From positions 10,416,001 through 10,480,000 of the forward strand of contig NC_043015.1 in assembly GCF_006345805.1 (NCBI RefSeq): 64,000 nucleotides of DNA. The letters are read 5' to 3'. The first letter of the stretch is position 1, and the number at the start of each line of letters is the position of its first letter. The notes beneath the pieces were generated by a model that worked only from the letters and a program-made list of their open reading frames with translations, was not told the origin of the DNA and did not search any database. Made by a program: the position numbers and the translations under genes. Positions 13,044-26,479 of the stretch are shown here, one piece after another. This stretch comes from Octopus sinensis (Eukaryota).

Positions 13044-13699
13044 AGTCTGTATAATGGAGTAGCTGTTTGTCGATTTCGTTCCTGATTTAGAATCCCTGTA
13101 AAGTATTTTTCATTTATCTATCGTAGTTGATCTTTTTTCTTTCCTTATTTTAAAACAATATATTGAATTTTCCATTTGCACAAATGTCTAAATGTCCATG
13201 ATATTTAATATTTAAAACAAGTTTAAGACAAGTTGCCGACATATGGAACACGGGTTAGAATTAATAATATATTTTTTCTGTATTTAGCACATAGATATCT
13301 ATATATCCAAGATGTGGAATATTTATAAAAACAATTACACTTGATGCGGACTTACGGAACACAGGTTAGAATTAATATCTAATTTTCTATTGAGGACATA
13401 TATCATACCTCTCTTTCTATGACATCAATCCCACTGACTTCAACTTTTATAATCATTTCCGGTTCTGTTCGTCAACCATGGTTTATGCTTGTGCACCCGC
13501 CAAGTGTTCTCAACTCATTGCACTAAATTTTTCATCTCCTACATTTAGATACCACAAACACAATTGAATGTTTTTTTTTTACCTCCAAACACAACCGATG
13601 CCAAAAAACCTAAATGCTCCTAAATTTGTCAAGTCACCGGTCGAAGGTACATTGAACTGTGCACCACATAATTATCACATGCTTCAGAAAGTCCCCTAC

Positions 13700-14900
13700 A
13701 TGCATGACCTATTGCACATTAAGGAAACCAATTGATCTGTGCTCTTCCAGTTTTAAGTTACATAGTATTTAGAGCTTAAAGTCTTATTGTTGCGCCGTGT
13801 GGAACACCTAGGTATCAGAATGAAAACATTTCTGGGCATGTCTTTTACCATCATCAAAATATTAAAAGCGTAATGTTCATAGCCTTCCGCAACACACAAG
13901 CGGTTTAATGCTAACAGCGCTACAACTGTTAGGGTAAGATATTTGCGGAATCTTCTGAGCATCCTCTTCTATAGAATAACACATCTGTGTGTAGTATACG
14001 TAGAGAAAGCGCTCTACCTCTCCGATCCCAACCAACATCCAAATGCACACTATACACCACTGGGCATACCAAAGTCTTCATTCTCTTCTGGATCAATAGA
14101 TATTTTAGGCTGGTGTGGGTCCCACAATGTAGGACTGCTCCTACATCAGCGAAGGTGTTTGTTCTACGAATTAAGTCTTGCTGGAACGCATCAGAGCAAG
14201 GTGACTTGTCTACATGAAATGATTAACGATGAAACACACCACAAATTCGTGTCCATAGGTGAGCAGCCTTCACATCCTGTATGTTTTCTTTTCCTAAAAT
14301 AATGGCACGTTCTAGAATATAGCCAGTGTCTTTTCACACCCAACCCCTCGTTTTTCTACCAGTAGTCATCTTTTGTTCCTCTGAACTATCAGCCCGTCAT
14401 TAAGCCAGTACTTCATCATTTACGCCGGACTCTTATGCCAGCCTATATTTTACCTACATGTGATGAGCGGCACATGTTTAAAATTAACATTAACAGCATC
14501 AGTCTCATCAGTTTAGTGGGATCTACAACTTCCATGTGCACTAAATCATCTTCCAGACACAACGATTAAGACATTTGAAAAAGCGATTAGATGAGAGTCA
14601 TAGATGAGCGTATCAGTGTGACTCGGACCAAGGTCAGATGTCTGATGCAAGTTTTACCTTACAAAGAGAGCGTTCTTGCTTGGCGCGGCTGAGAAAACCC
14701 GTATCATAATGTCTACTCCAGCATAGTTTTATTCTTAGCACACTTTATTGGAAACTGACTTGTCGGGCCGGAAGTATCCACATTAGCATTGTATGAGTGG
14801 CTCTACCGTAGTGCATAAAGGAGATTTGGGCGTATAATCACTTCCCCACGGTCGCATTGGGACTGGCGACTCAGCTTTTATGAAATATCCCCAAGCCTTT
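13700..14900 (-). mobile_element. Old, GC-elevated TE remnant, possibly LTR-retrotransposon gag region
   Basis: Scattered minus-frame pieces 'GVNDEVLA' and 'EKTLAIF' resemble Gypsy gag; many stops. Confidence 0.3.
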
Positions 14901-15261
14901 TTTTGCTTTGTATTTGGTTGACTAGGCGGAGAGGAGAGTGTAAAATGTTCTCATATCCTTCTCCCTGGTTTCATTTTATTTCGCTTTTGGCCACGGAAGG
15001 GATATTACGTTATATACCATTTATGAATACCATTTTGTCAAATCACACACGCACAAACGCACACACACAAACATACACACAAACACACTCACGTGTACAC
15101 AAACACGCAGACAAAGCAACTATATGACAGGAGAAAAGCGGGAGGCAGCGTTTCACTTTCAAACTTTTGGCTGTTAATAACTACTCCAACATACAAGCAA
15201 TTCACACAAACGTAAATGTATCTATGCATCGACACATACACACACATACACACACACATAA

Positions 15262-15331
<70 letters not shown>

Positions 15332-15411
15332 CACACACACAGAGATACATAAGCGAGCACACACATATAAATATATAATATATACATGTTTATGTATATG
15401 TATATATTCAA

Positions 15412-15474
<63 letters not shown>

Positions 15475-16448
15475 GTTAAATCAGTGTTGGTGAAAAGAGA
15501 ATGAAATTAGGAAATAGCTTTCTAAGTAGCTTGTCGTGTAGCAATCTTGGTAAATGGATAAATCTGTCAGACAATGATTTTGAATTCTAGATAGTATAGA
15601 CGGGAATGACTACAGAGAAATACTCTCCCAGAGAACATGTATACAAAGATATCTCAGAATAATAAAGAAAATAAGCAAATTGAGAGCAGAATTATATAAT
15701 AAAGATACACACCTTATCGTTTATTATGGACTACACACTGCGAAAGAGAAAAATGAATTAAAATCTAGACGAATAGCTTCACACAATTTCGATTTGCAGA
15801 ATTCAAAATCTAGGAGATCTAATATGTATAACTGAACTCTAGAATATATTTACAGAAATGAAAATTTAAGGCAAGAAAGCAGGCATATAATTTGGTGTTA
15901 AATGATCCAACTTCAACTGAAAATATTTTACGTAAACGTTCTCATAGCGAAGTTACAGAAAGTATAACTTTAAACGGCAAATGCACGTACTTCGGTCAAA
16001 TAGTAAATATACAAAACTGGTAACAGAAAAGATGATTTTTTTATAAATGTGCTATGTACTTTGGATTTGCGAAACATAAGGAGCACAAATTACATTTTAG
16101 AAGATTCTCTCAAATATTACAATTCGAACACACTGCCAATATATCGTAACAAACTATGTATCATACAGCATTTACTATGTAAGAAGTATAATGTCTGACA
16201 ATACAGCTATGTTGCGAGACGAGCATTTTAGTAGGTGGAAAGAAACACAATAGTTTGAATAAATTGATAACCGTTAAAAGAAGGAAAGAGAGCAGGAAAT
16301 GAATGAAATTACGTAATATTTCCATGATCATAAATTCATTAAATATTAATTTCAATCATATTCGCATCTTACAATCTGGACACAAGACCGTCATTTGAAT
16401 AACAAATACATATATACGTGTGTTTTTGTATATGCATACATATATATG

Positions 16449-16690
16449 TGGAGACACATTGCATCGTGGTTAAAGCGACGGACTTGCGGTCGAGGGATCG
16501 CGGGTTCGAATCTCAGACCGGGCGATGTGTGTGTTTATGAGCGAAACTCCTAACCTCCACGTGGCTTCGGCAGAAGGTAATGGCGAACTCCTGCTGACTC
16601 TTTCGCCACAACTTTCTCTCACACTTTTTCCCTGCAGTTTAGGGGACGGGTTTGACGATTACATCAACCCCAGTACTCAACTGGTGCTTA
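16449..16690 (+). mobile_element. tRNA-derived SINE, 5' part (family of 12742-13043)
   Basis: 'tgcatcgtggttaaagcg...gggttcgaatctcagaccgggcgatgtgtgtgtttatgagcgaaac'. Confidence 0.88.
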
Positions 16691-16702
16691 TTTTTAAAAA
16701 AT

Positions 16703-16937
16703 TAGGCGGCGAGCTGGCAGACGCGTTAGCGCGCCGGGCGAAATGCTTAGCGGTATTTCGTCCGTCGTTACGTTCTGAGTTCAAATTTCTTCGAGGTCGA
16801 CTTTGCTTTTCATCCTTTAGTGGTCTATATATAAAGTACCAGTTTTGCACTGGGGTTGATGTAATCGACTTAATCACTTTGTCTGCCCTTGTTTTTGTCC
16901 TCTCTATGTTTAGGCCCTTTTGGGCAATAAAGAAATA
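16703..16937 (+). mobile_element. tRNA-derived SINE (family of 6700-6934)
   Basis: 'aggcggcgagctggcag...gagttcaaat...gaggtcgactttgc...gggcaataaagaaat'. Confidence 0.92.
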
Positions 16938-17725
16938 TATATGTATATGTGTGTGCGTGTGTATGTGTGTGTGTGTGTGTGTGCATACGACTGTGTGCGT
17001 ATGGGGATCTATAGATGTGTATATATGTACTTGTTTCTGTACTATTGTGTTTTCTAATATGCTGAATGCTATATAGAGAGTAAATACGTTCAAACATTTA
17101 CCTCCTTAAATACTCTATAGCTGGAAATAGTTTGACTAAAAATATTAGGATATTCAAAGGATATCAAGCCCTTTTAATCTCATGCAACTATAAACCATTG
17201 TAATTGAGGTGATAGATTCGACTCTATATCAGCATAAACACCAAGACTCCAAAGGAGTGGCAAAAAGATCCGAATTCTAAAATCATTCTTTTTCTATCAC
17301 GTAACATAAAGGCGATCATTGCAAAGAACTTCTTGGATTCATTAAAAGAATTCTTGGATTTATTTTAATTTTATATTAAAAGATACCAAACATATTTAAA
17401 AAGTAACATCAGAAAGTAGGATATATTCAAATACGTATGTGAAGAATAGGATTTTCTATTAATTTTTTTTTTAAACAATGCAGGATACCAGCGCAAATAA
17501 AAGCAACTGTAATCCATACCCACTTATTCATTGATGGAAAATTGATGTTATCATTTATTGCACATTGCGAAGTAAAACCATATACGTGCAGTGAACGTAC
17601 ACTACTTCCTTGAACCTTCCCTTCCTTGAACCTTTCCTTTTTCTATGTTTCCGACCGCTCGAGACATTAAATCCTTCTGTCTTTCCTCTTCTCAGCGTCC
17701 AATAACACTAAATTTGTTTCACGAC

Positions 17726-17785
<60 letters not shown>

Positions 17786-17789
17786 TATA

Positions 17790-18075
17790 TATGTCGATAT
17801 TGCCGAACGTTCTGAGAGACCCGCATCCAGCAGAACTGAGATAAACACTGCAGATGTGCGTCTAGCTGTGAGGGGAAATCTTCGAATCACCATCCGTGAG
17901 TTACCAAAGGATATGACGATTAGTTATGTTTCAGTTCAGTCCATTATCACGCGTGTCTGCCAAGTTGTGCCAAATTTGTTTTCAGCTGACCAAAAGACAC
18001 TCGCGTTTCAGTTGCACAATATCTCTTCGATTGTGTCGAGTACGATGAAAACTTTCTGAAAACATTGTGTGACCG
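17790..18075 (+). mobile_element. Mariner transposase N-terminal (HTH) fragment
   Basis: 'ERSERPASSRTE...RITIRELPKD.TISYVSVQSII' and, after a frameshift, 'DQK.TRVSVAQYLFDCVEYDENFLKT'. Confidence 0.75.
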
Positions 18076-18446
18076 TCTAAGCAGATAGCGCATAGCTTTT
18101 GGCAACATTTGAAGCAGATTCTCTGCTCAACTTCCTCTGTCGTGATCAATGCGACGATCAGACACTACGCACCTTACTTCCAAATATTGCTATAAACAGC
18201 GGAAGTGAGCACATGAAGAGCAGCGATCATGTTGAGTCTCTGCCAAGCGGTTTACTCTACTTGATTTAGATTCTTTACTGCATCAACAGTCCCGATACCT
18301 ATTCATTAGTCCATATATATATATATATATATATATAAATTTAAAATGAGGGGGAGAAATTAGATATTAATTTAATTAACATCGATTTCATAGCATATAA
18401 AAAATTAAGGTACTGTAAGATCGTATTACATACAATTATATTTATG

Positions 18447-18495
<49 letters not shown>

Positions 18496-20194
18496 TTGTG
18501 TGTGTGTTTTGTGTGTGTGTTTGTGTGTGTATATGTGTGTATATATATATAGTTATAGTTATGTTTATATATGCTCGTGTCTTTTGTGACTGTGTGCATG
18601 CGTGTACACGCGCCTGTGTATGAATTTCTGGCCAAATATCCTAAACCGACATCACTTCTCCTGATTTAAAGTCTTTCAAATTACTTTCTCATACATGAAT
18701 GTATCTTATATTTAGCAATATTGTTATAAACTCTGCTCCATTCACATTTTAGTTCTTTATTTTCCCTTTTTGTTTTTGTCACTTTCTCCCTTTTAAGCTC
18801 TGGTCCTTTCGATTACATGGTTTCAAAGACATAAATACATAGCTATATAGCATTCCCTGTGTTCATTATCTAATTGGTTACATAGTTTGCAAGGTAGCAA
18901 ATTGATCTATTTCATGCGGATATGCCAAGACCATTGCCACAATAGTATAATTAATTAACCCATTCATTAATAAACTAATTAGTTAATTAGGCGTTTCAGT
19001 CTGAGTAGCACTGAATATTCCATAAATGATTCTACTAAATCATGTGTGTGTGTGTGTTTGTGTAAGTATATAATATCATTTCACTTATTTACATGTGAAC
19101 ACTCTATAGTAGTTATGCATAAACCATTTATATTTACATAATACACTGATAAACATGTATTTTATAGCATTTGCACATATACACAGATACAATCATGTGA
19201 GTATGTGTTTGCATACATTTGGTCACGTAAATGCAGATGCATACGTACACACACATTCATGCTGAATAACATAACTAACCTTCCATCCATCCAAACATTC
19301 ATCTACCCATCCTTCCATTTATTTCTCTACCTATGTGTATATCTATGTATGTATGTATGTATGAAGGTAGGTAGGTAGGTAGGTAGGTAGGTAGGTAGGT
19401 AGCTTGGTAGGTATACCTCTGTGCCACAGAATGTGTGAATCGAACTTTTGTCGTTGTGTAGATGGTATTTTGGCCCTACGGGGCGGAAAACTGTTATTTT
19501 TGTGAACTTGCGAGGTGTTTCAAGTGTGGGGAATAAAGGCACGTAAGGTCGGATTGCGAGAAAGTTATAAAAATCAAAAAGGTAGATGTCCCCCCCCCCT
19601 AAAATAAAAGCAGCAACGAAACCAGCGAGGAGAAGGAGAAAAAGTAGAAAAAGCAGAAAAAAAGCAAAGGAGAAGAAAATTAAAACAAAGGAAATAAAAT
19701 ATGACGCTGTGGGAAGTCAACAAGAAAAACTGGAAGAGATGGATTATACAGTCGTGACTCCCCTCCTCTAGCAAAGAAAACAATAACTACACATGTAGAC
19801 ATATAGGGAAAAAATTCCCCAACCCACTTCCAAATTGAAACCCTCAACCAAACCCCACCACAAAAAAAGAAAAATATATTGAATAGAAGGAAAAAAACAG
19901 ACAACTAGTACTTTTCCTAGTCACCGAGGGATGTTCGTGTACAAACGAATACAAGGCATGCAAACCAATATTCGGATGGCAAGAATAATCGATGGAGAAT
20001 TATATGAGTCGATAAAAAAAAGAGATACCCGAATGATATATTGGATTTATGAAAAGAAGTGGTCCGGAAAAAAAAAACTAGAACTTAACTCAGCGACTAC
20101 ACCCCAGAAGGAAAAAAGAGAGAGAGGCTGCCGAATTAGTGCAGACCCTCCCCTAAACGTAAAATGTAAGTTTTTTCTCTTTTTTATTTTTTCA

Positions 20195-22290
20195 CGGAGA
20201 TTAAAGTAGGATGTATAAATGTCAGTGGCATTAGGTCGAGATGGAAACAAACTTGTCTCCTGAACGACCTCAGGTCAACAGATTTGGATATATGTGTAGT
20301 GACTGAGTCCAACTTGAATGAGCCAAATGCGTTCACACCTCTTCTCTGTGGCTATGAGAAAATTATTTCTCCTTGTCGTCGGGGAGGCGCGGGCATGGTG
20401 GTTTTATTCAGAAAAGGCTTGGACGTACTGTTAAGTAGTCTTTCTGGACCCAGAATGTAGGCTGGTTGTCCTAGATGTGACAAACGTAAGTAAGCAGTCC
20501 TTCAGGTTGGTAGCTGCCTACACTCCTTAGGAGCGTAGACAGACTGGCTTTTTTTGGGAGACCTGGAGGATCCTTGGTGACCTCTAAGACTCTAGTTTTG
20601 ATAGGAGACTTGAACACTATTCTTGACGCACGGGTGGATAGTGTTGGCTCGGCAAAAAGGAGAAATCCTGGTCTCAAAAGGCTACAAACAGGCTATAACT
20701 TAGACTGTTACAGGTGGGATGAACCGCTCGTTCCACAGTGGACTTGGACTAATAATGACAGTTCACACAGGTCTTATCTAGATAGAATATTCATTAGAGA
20801 TAGAGATAATGATACTTTTAGTTTCCCACATTTCTGTTGTGTCCCTTACACGGATCACAAATTTGTGACGTGTAAGGTGTACCTAGTAAAGTGTTATAGA
20901 TAGGGCCAGGGTACTGGAAGATGAACAAGTCTATTTTGACTTGTAATACCTTCCGTACCCGAGTCAGAGGACATTATATGACGCCATTATCAATGTTGGT
21001 ACACCCTCAAGCGAGCCATTCGCTCTGAGTCTGTTAGGTTTAGTAAACAGCAAAGTTTAGAAAAGACTAGAATAGAAAGGTAATTAGTTAAGGAATTAGA
21101 CGAGGCCACGGGATCTGGCTCTGCACCTAGAGTGACGGCGGCCAGGGTGGTCTTGTTCCACCACCTCAAAGCTAAACACGAAGGTTGTAGAGTCAGGGCT
21201 GAGTTACGTGCAGTGAGGAGAGAAGGTATTAATGTTGCCGCACGGCCTCGACTTGGGGAGAGTCGTAAAGGCAGAGAAGCCTCTATAAAGTCATTAATTG
21301 ACGAACAGGGTCGTACGATCGAAGGGCAAGAGGAGATGCGAATGGCTTTTCACCAGAATTTCGTCCGGTTTTTCGGGCAGAGCGATGCACCGGATGGTGG
21401 TGAGTACTAAAGGGACATCCCCGCCGGAGGGCCGCGACTCTCGGCACAGCAGGCGGAATACTGTGAAGGGCCGATCACAGCTAAATAGATCAAGGAGATG
21501 CTGGCTGAATGTGCCGAGGACAAGTCGTCGGGGCTGGATGGTCTGCCCTATGGATTTTATCGAAATATGCCGGACTTGTTCGAACATTTTGTGGCCTGCA
21601 TCTGCACAAACTGTCAGCAGAATGGGAGGATTCCCAGCTTTGATAGTCAAGGAGTGGTGACGTTGATCAGAATAGACACGAGCAAGTGGGATCATATTAA
21701 TTTTCATCCCATAACTCTACTTAACGTAGAGTGAAAGATTTCGGCCAAAGTGCTAGCTAAAAGGTTGACGCTTGTCGCGGAGAAACTTATAGGGAAGGCA
21801 CAGACATGTGCAGTCTCAGGCAAGTCAATCAAGGATAATCTTCATCTTTTACACTACACTTTAGACAGGGTGGGTAAATTAGTCGGTAAAGGCGATGCAT
21901 TGGTCCATTTAGACCAAAGTAAAACTTTTGATAGGGTAGACAACCAGCATCTAGTTGCGGTCCTTGACACGGCTGGCTTGGGCTAGGCCCGCGCTTCCGC
22001 GGCTGGATTACTGCCATTTATAGCGGCATGAAATCTACATCCCAGGTAACCGGTTACTTGTTGGTTCCGTTTGAGATCAAGAGATCGGTTCGTCAAGGGT
22101 GCTCCTGTCTCCTCGTCAATATGTGCTGGCTCTTGAGCCATTACTGCAGGTGTTGGAGAGTTTGGGAGGCATCCCTAATCAAATCGGATGTGGTAATCAT
22201 GATTCTGCATATGGGGATGATGTCATCATCACCGTCTCCCGTAAGGCACAACTACCTCGTGTAGAGGATGCAATCGAGTACGGCTGCCAG
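20195..22290 (+). mobile_element. Degraded L1/Tx1-like LINE ORF2 (APE endonuclease + RT)
   Basis: 'KVGCINVSGIR', 'LIGDLNTILD', 'WTWTN..SYLDRIFI', 'YTDHK', 'KSSGLDGLPYGFY', 'HPITLLN', 'HLDQSKTFDRV', 'SVRQG', 'AYGDDV'; multiple stops and frameshifts. Confidence 0.9.
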
Positions 22291-22299
22291 CTGAGTCTG

Positions 22300-22560
22300 T
22301 GATAAAGACTGTACCGCCAACCTGACTTCCGAAGGTAGGTGAGATACGTTTTCTTTGTGTAGTCAGTGGTATGAAATAGTGTGTTTGGAGGACCTTTATC
22401 TCTAGAACCTTTATCTCTGGCTCTGGCTTGCTGTATTTCTTCAGATATGACCTGAAGGTCAAGATATGGCTGGAGGGAAAATATCTGTCGCGAAGCATAT
22501 GTGAGAAAAGATGGAAGGATGTTGTGAGGAAGTTGGGAGTCACTGTCCCTAATTAATCGC
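22300..22560 (-). mobile_element. Possible Penelope-like RT N-terminal fragment
   Basis: 'ARDKG...HTTDYTKK' resembles the PLE 'ADKG...DY..K' motif. Confidence 0.35.
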
Positions 22561-23089
22561 ATGGCAGTAGGGTGTAATCTCTGGCCTTCGGGGCCACAAT
22601 CAATGTTATACAATTTTTAATCGTATAAATAAAAAATATGTCCAACTGAGAACAGTTCTTTTCAGCTGGTAGCAGAGTACGTGAGGTAAAAGCTGCAGAA
22701 CGAACACTACTGTCATTTATTCGATGACAAAGGGGTGCACCTAGCCGTTATGAAGATGCATCACATTGTAAAATTAAACGTTTATGCGGCTCATAATGCA
22801 AAAGTAGAGATGAACTAATAAGTAACCTATTGGCTGTAGCAAACGCTTTCCACACGCAAAGGGAATCTTTGTACAATAAGGAACAGAAGTGTATCAGCAC
22901 TGTTGAAATATTTAGAAACGACCACGATAAGGTGATGACATTCTTACAAATGATCTTATCTCACTATTGTTTTTAGGGATTATGCATTTGAAATAGGCTA
23001 CACTTTATGACTCTTAATTTACAAACCATCTTTATTAAGTCGGTAACCAAGAGGACAAACAGAATAACAAAATACGCCCATTGTTTTTT

Positions 23090-24030
23090 CAGTTTTCATC
23101 CGGTTTTGTGAAGATGATCGAGTTTCATGGGTAATTTATGAAGATGTTCATCCTCGGAACGCCCGGTGATTAGTGAATCATCAATGTATGCACAAGCCCA
23201 TGGTTCATCTTTTAGAATATTGTCGATAATGCGTTGAAAAATTCCAGCCGGTGAATTAATTCCAAATAGTAATCTAGTAAATTGAAACAACCCAATAGGG
23301 GTCGTAATCATAGTGCAATCACGAGAATTTTCATCACGTTCAAACGGGGAATATGCATGACTCACATCAATTTTTGTGAACTTCTTGCCAGAGTCGCGTA
23401 CAAGTCTTCTATTTTAGGTAATGGGTACTTCTCTAAAACAACTGAACAGTTGATTGGAATCTCCGTAAATGCTCATAAGCCACCCGGTTTTATCAGCGGT
23501 ACAATGGGATCTACCTAATCAGAGTGTTGAACTGGAACAATAACACCTTCCGATTGTAAACGTCGTAATTGGGCTTCCTCTTTTGGCCACAAAGCGAACG
23601 GAAGTTTTCGAGCTTTACAAAACCGCGATGACGTGCTGGAAAGTAATTTTATGTTTGCTTTAAATCTATCCAATCTTCCAAGGTTGGTGTCAAACAAAGT
23701 ACAGTATTCCTTTTACAGTTGTTCCACCGATGGTTTATCCCAAAGAGTTTCAATCACGATGAGTGTACCAGGAATTTGTCGTAACAAATCACGACCCAAC
23801 AAGTCTGGACGATTTCCAGTGGCTACGTATACAGGTGGAACACGTTTGACATCACCATGTTGCATGTTTACAGTGCAAGCTCGAATTATTGGGAATTCTT
23901 GCCGGGTATATGGTTTAAAAGTATAGTTTGTAGAAAATGGTGGTAACCGACTGACAGAACGAATGGTTACACTAGGGACTGAAGGGCCCGTGTCAATTTC
24001 CATGAGTACTGACTGACCTTCCATTATGAC
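23090..24030 (-). mobile_element. Degraded Ty3/Gypsy pol (protease + RT)
   Basis: 'MEIDTG' protease motif; 'ITTPIGLFQFTRLLFGINSPAGIFQRIIDNIL...AYIDD' RT motif. Confidence 0.92.
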
Positions 24031-24257
24031 ATTGACAACGTTGAACTTTTAACACCTCTTCTCCATCTTTAATTGTTTGTTCAGTTTATATAGGACACGT
24101 GATCTATAAATGCTCATAACACAAATTTATACTTGTAATATTTTCATATTTAAAATATACTTACAATAGTAAGCTATCAATTTAATATGAAGAATCTCTT
24201 TTAGAAATCTAACTTCGGAACCCCGCAAAGTAAAGGATCAAATAGAACTCATCCTTT

Positions 24258-24293
<36 letters not shown>

Positions 24294-24619
24294 TTGTACC
24301 CGTATGTGCGCGTGTTTGTAGTTTTGCATTGGTTGTTATAGCTGTAAATATATAGTTATAAATATGTTGAGAGGATAAATCGAACATAGGCTGTAGGTAA
24401 TTGTATACTATTTTCAAGAATAATATCAATAATAATCGTCGCATCGATCACCCTGAACATTCGTACGACATTCTATAGCAGAATAAGTTGATGTAAGGTT
24501 CATTAAAATCTGCCCAGTTATTCCCTTTGAATACTGAAAATGATAATGGCTTTATGTTCCACTTGTGTTCTCTTTTTGAATATCATTATGTGACAAATTG
24601 AATAACCTCACACACAATC

Positions 24620-24708
<89 letters not shown>

Positions 24709-24949
24709 AAGTACATTTGTATGTGTGTATATGTATGTATGAATGCATGTATGTATGTGTGTATGTATGTATGTACGTATGTATATATATATATATATAC
24801 ACGTGGATAAGCACTTTGGTTTTCTTTTGATATAAATGTTCTACAAATATCATAAAGAATTTTGTGATAAAACGATATGAAAAATTGATAACCGTGAAAA
24901 ACAAATGAAAATATATCGAATATATAATCATCCAATATAAATCGTTACA

Positions 24950-24984
24950 AAAATATTAATGCTTATAAGATAATAATAATAAGA

Positions 24985-25047
<63 letters not shown>

Positions 25048-25165
25048 TGACAAAATAATGAGGAACAGAATAATGAAGTTGATGATGTTGATGATGATGA
25101 TGAGGAGGAGGAGGAGGGGGAGAATGGTGATGAATGTGGTGATGATGATGATGATTATGATGATG
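24950..25165. repeat. (TAA)n/(TGA)n/(GGA)n triplet microsatellite block
   Basis: Directly visible. Confidence 0.95.
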
Positions 25166-25495
25166 ATGAAGCTGGCGCAAGTATTACTAATGTGACAGAC
25201 GGTTATAATATATAAAATAACAGGATATATATTAAAATACATAAAAAAAAATATAATTACACTGTCATATGAATGACACGTCGTCAACGTTATCGGCGAG
25301 CATAAATATTATGATCATGATGATCATTATAATAATCGCATAAATATTTCGTATGAAATCAAATGACCCAAAGATGATTAATATTAAATATTATACTACA
25401 ATACATTACGTGTTTGTGTTTATCGCTTTCAATAAACCTTCATAACTGCGTGTGTGTAACTTTAAGCGTTAAGAGATACGTGGATATATTAGTAA

Positions 25496-25610
25496 AGGCG
25501 GCGAGCTGGCAGAAACGTTAGCACGCCGGGCGAAATGCGTTGCCGTATTTCGTCTGCCGTTACGTTCCGAGTTCAAATTCCGCCGAGGTCGACTTTGCCT
25601 TTCATCCTTC
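25496..25610 (+). mobile_element. 3'-truncated tRNA-derived SINE (family of 6700-6934)
   Basis: 'aggcggcgagctggcagaaacgttagcacgccgggcgaaatgc...gagttcaaattccgccgaggtcgactttgcc'. Confidence 0.9.
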
Positions 25611-26479
25611 CTTATTAGTAAGAAGACGGACGCTCAGTCGGTCACCTCCTTCAAACCAGAATGAACTGGAAGAGATGATTTAGATACGCAGCATTTCAAA
25701 TATGGTAAGAACACCTGTTACTACCACTAGCTCCGAGGTTACTTCCCTCCGTTTATAGTTATATAGTTATAGGAGACAAAACTGTTTCCTTCAAGATGGG
25801 TTGTAGTGGTTTTGGTACCAGGTCGTACTTCTTTTGCAATGCTATACAATCCATTTCAAAAACATTAGCCAATATGGACAATGTAAACGCATAAAATTGC
25901 ATCTTACTACAAACTCATCAACGTTTTATTTATTTCTGTGTGTATAGTTATATATTTAATGGACTCCTTCTGCTTAGAATTGTATCTTTTATTGTACACC
26001 GACAGACATATATACATATATGAACTTTTCACTCCACCCTACTATACATATATGTGTGTATGTATGTGTTCGTGTGCGCGAAAGCAGATTGATACTTTGC
26101 TCCTCTTTCCTGCACAAACAACATTTGATATGTGACTAAGATTTGTGGAACGTTGCCATCTTTAATTGTGTTCTAAGGGCGTTTTTCCCAAGCGTTTATA
26201 AGTAGTGTTTCTGTTGTTATGATACACTAGATGCTGAAGCAGCAAGTTAATCTGGAGCAAAATGTTCCAATGTAAGATAATGGCAGATTAGTTACGGGAA
26301 TTTCAATGAGAAATGCAAGTTGGAATGACTCAAGAAAATATAACAATCACGAATAAGAAATTCTAAGAGATGGCTAATCAGATTCGAAACTGTAAAGCCC
26401 CGGATCAGATGGTGCCCTAGGTTTCTTGGAAAAGGGAAAATCCTGTGCAATTGAAGCAAGAATAGATAGAAATAAATCA

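Noticed and set aside
19560-20190. K/R-rich ORFs upstream of the Tx1-like ORF2
   Set aside because: A-rich low complexity; may be ORF1 remnant but no diagnostic motif seen
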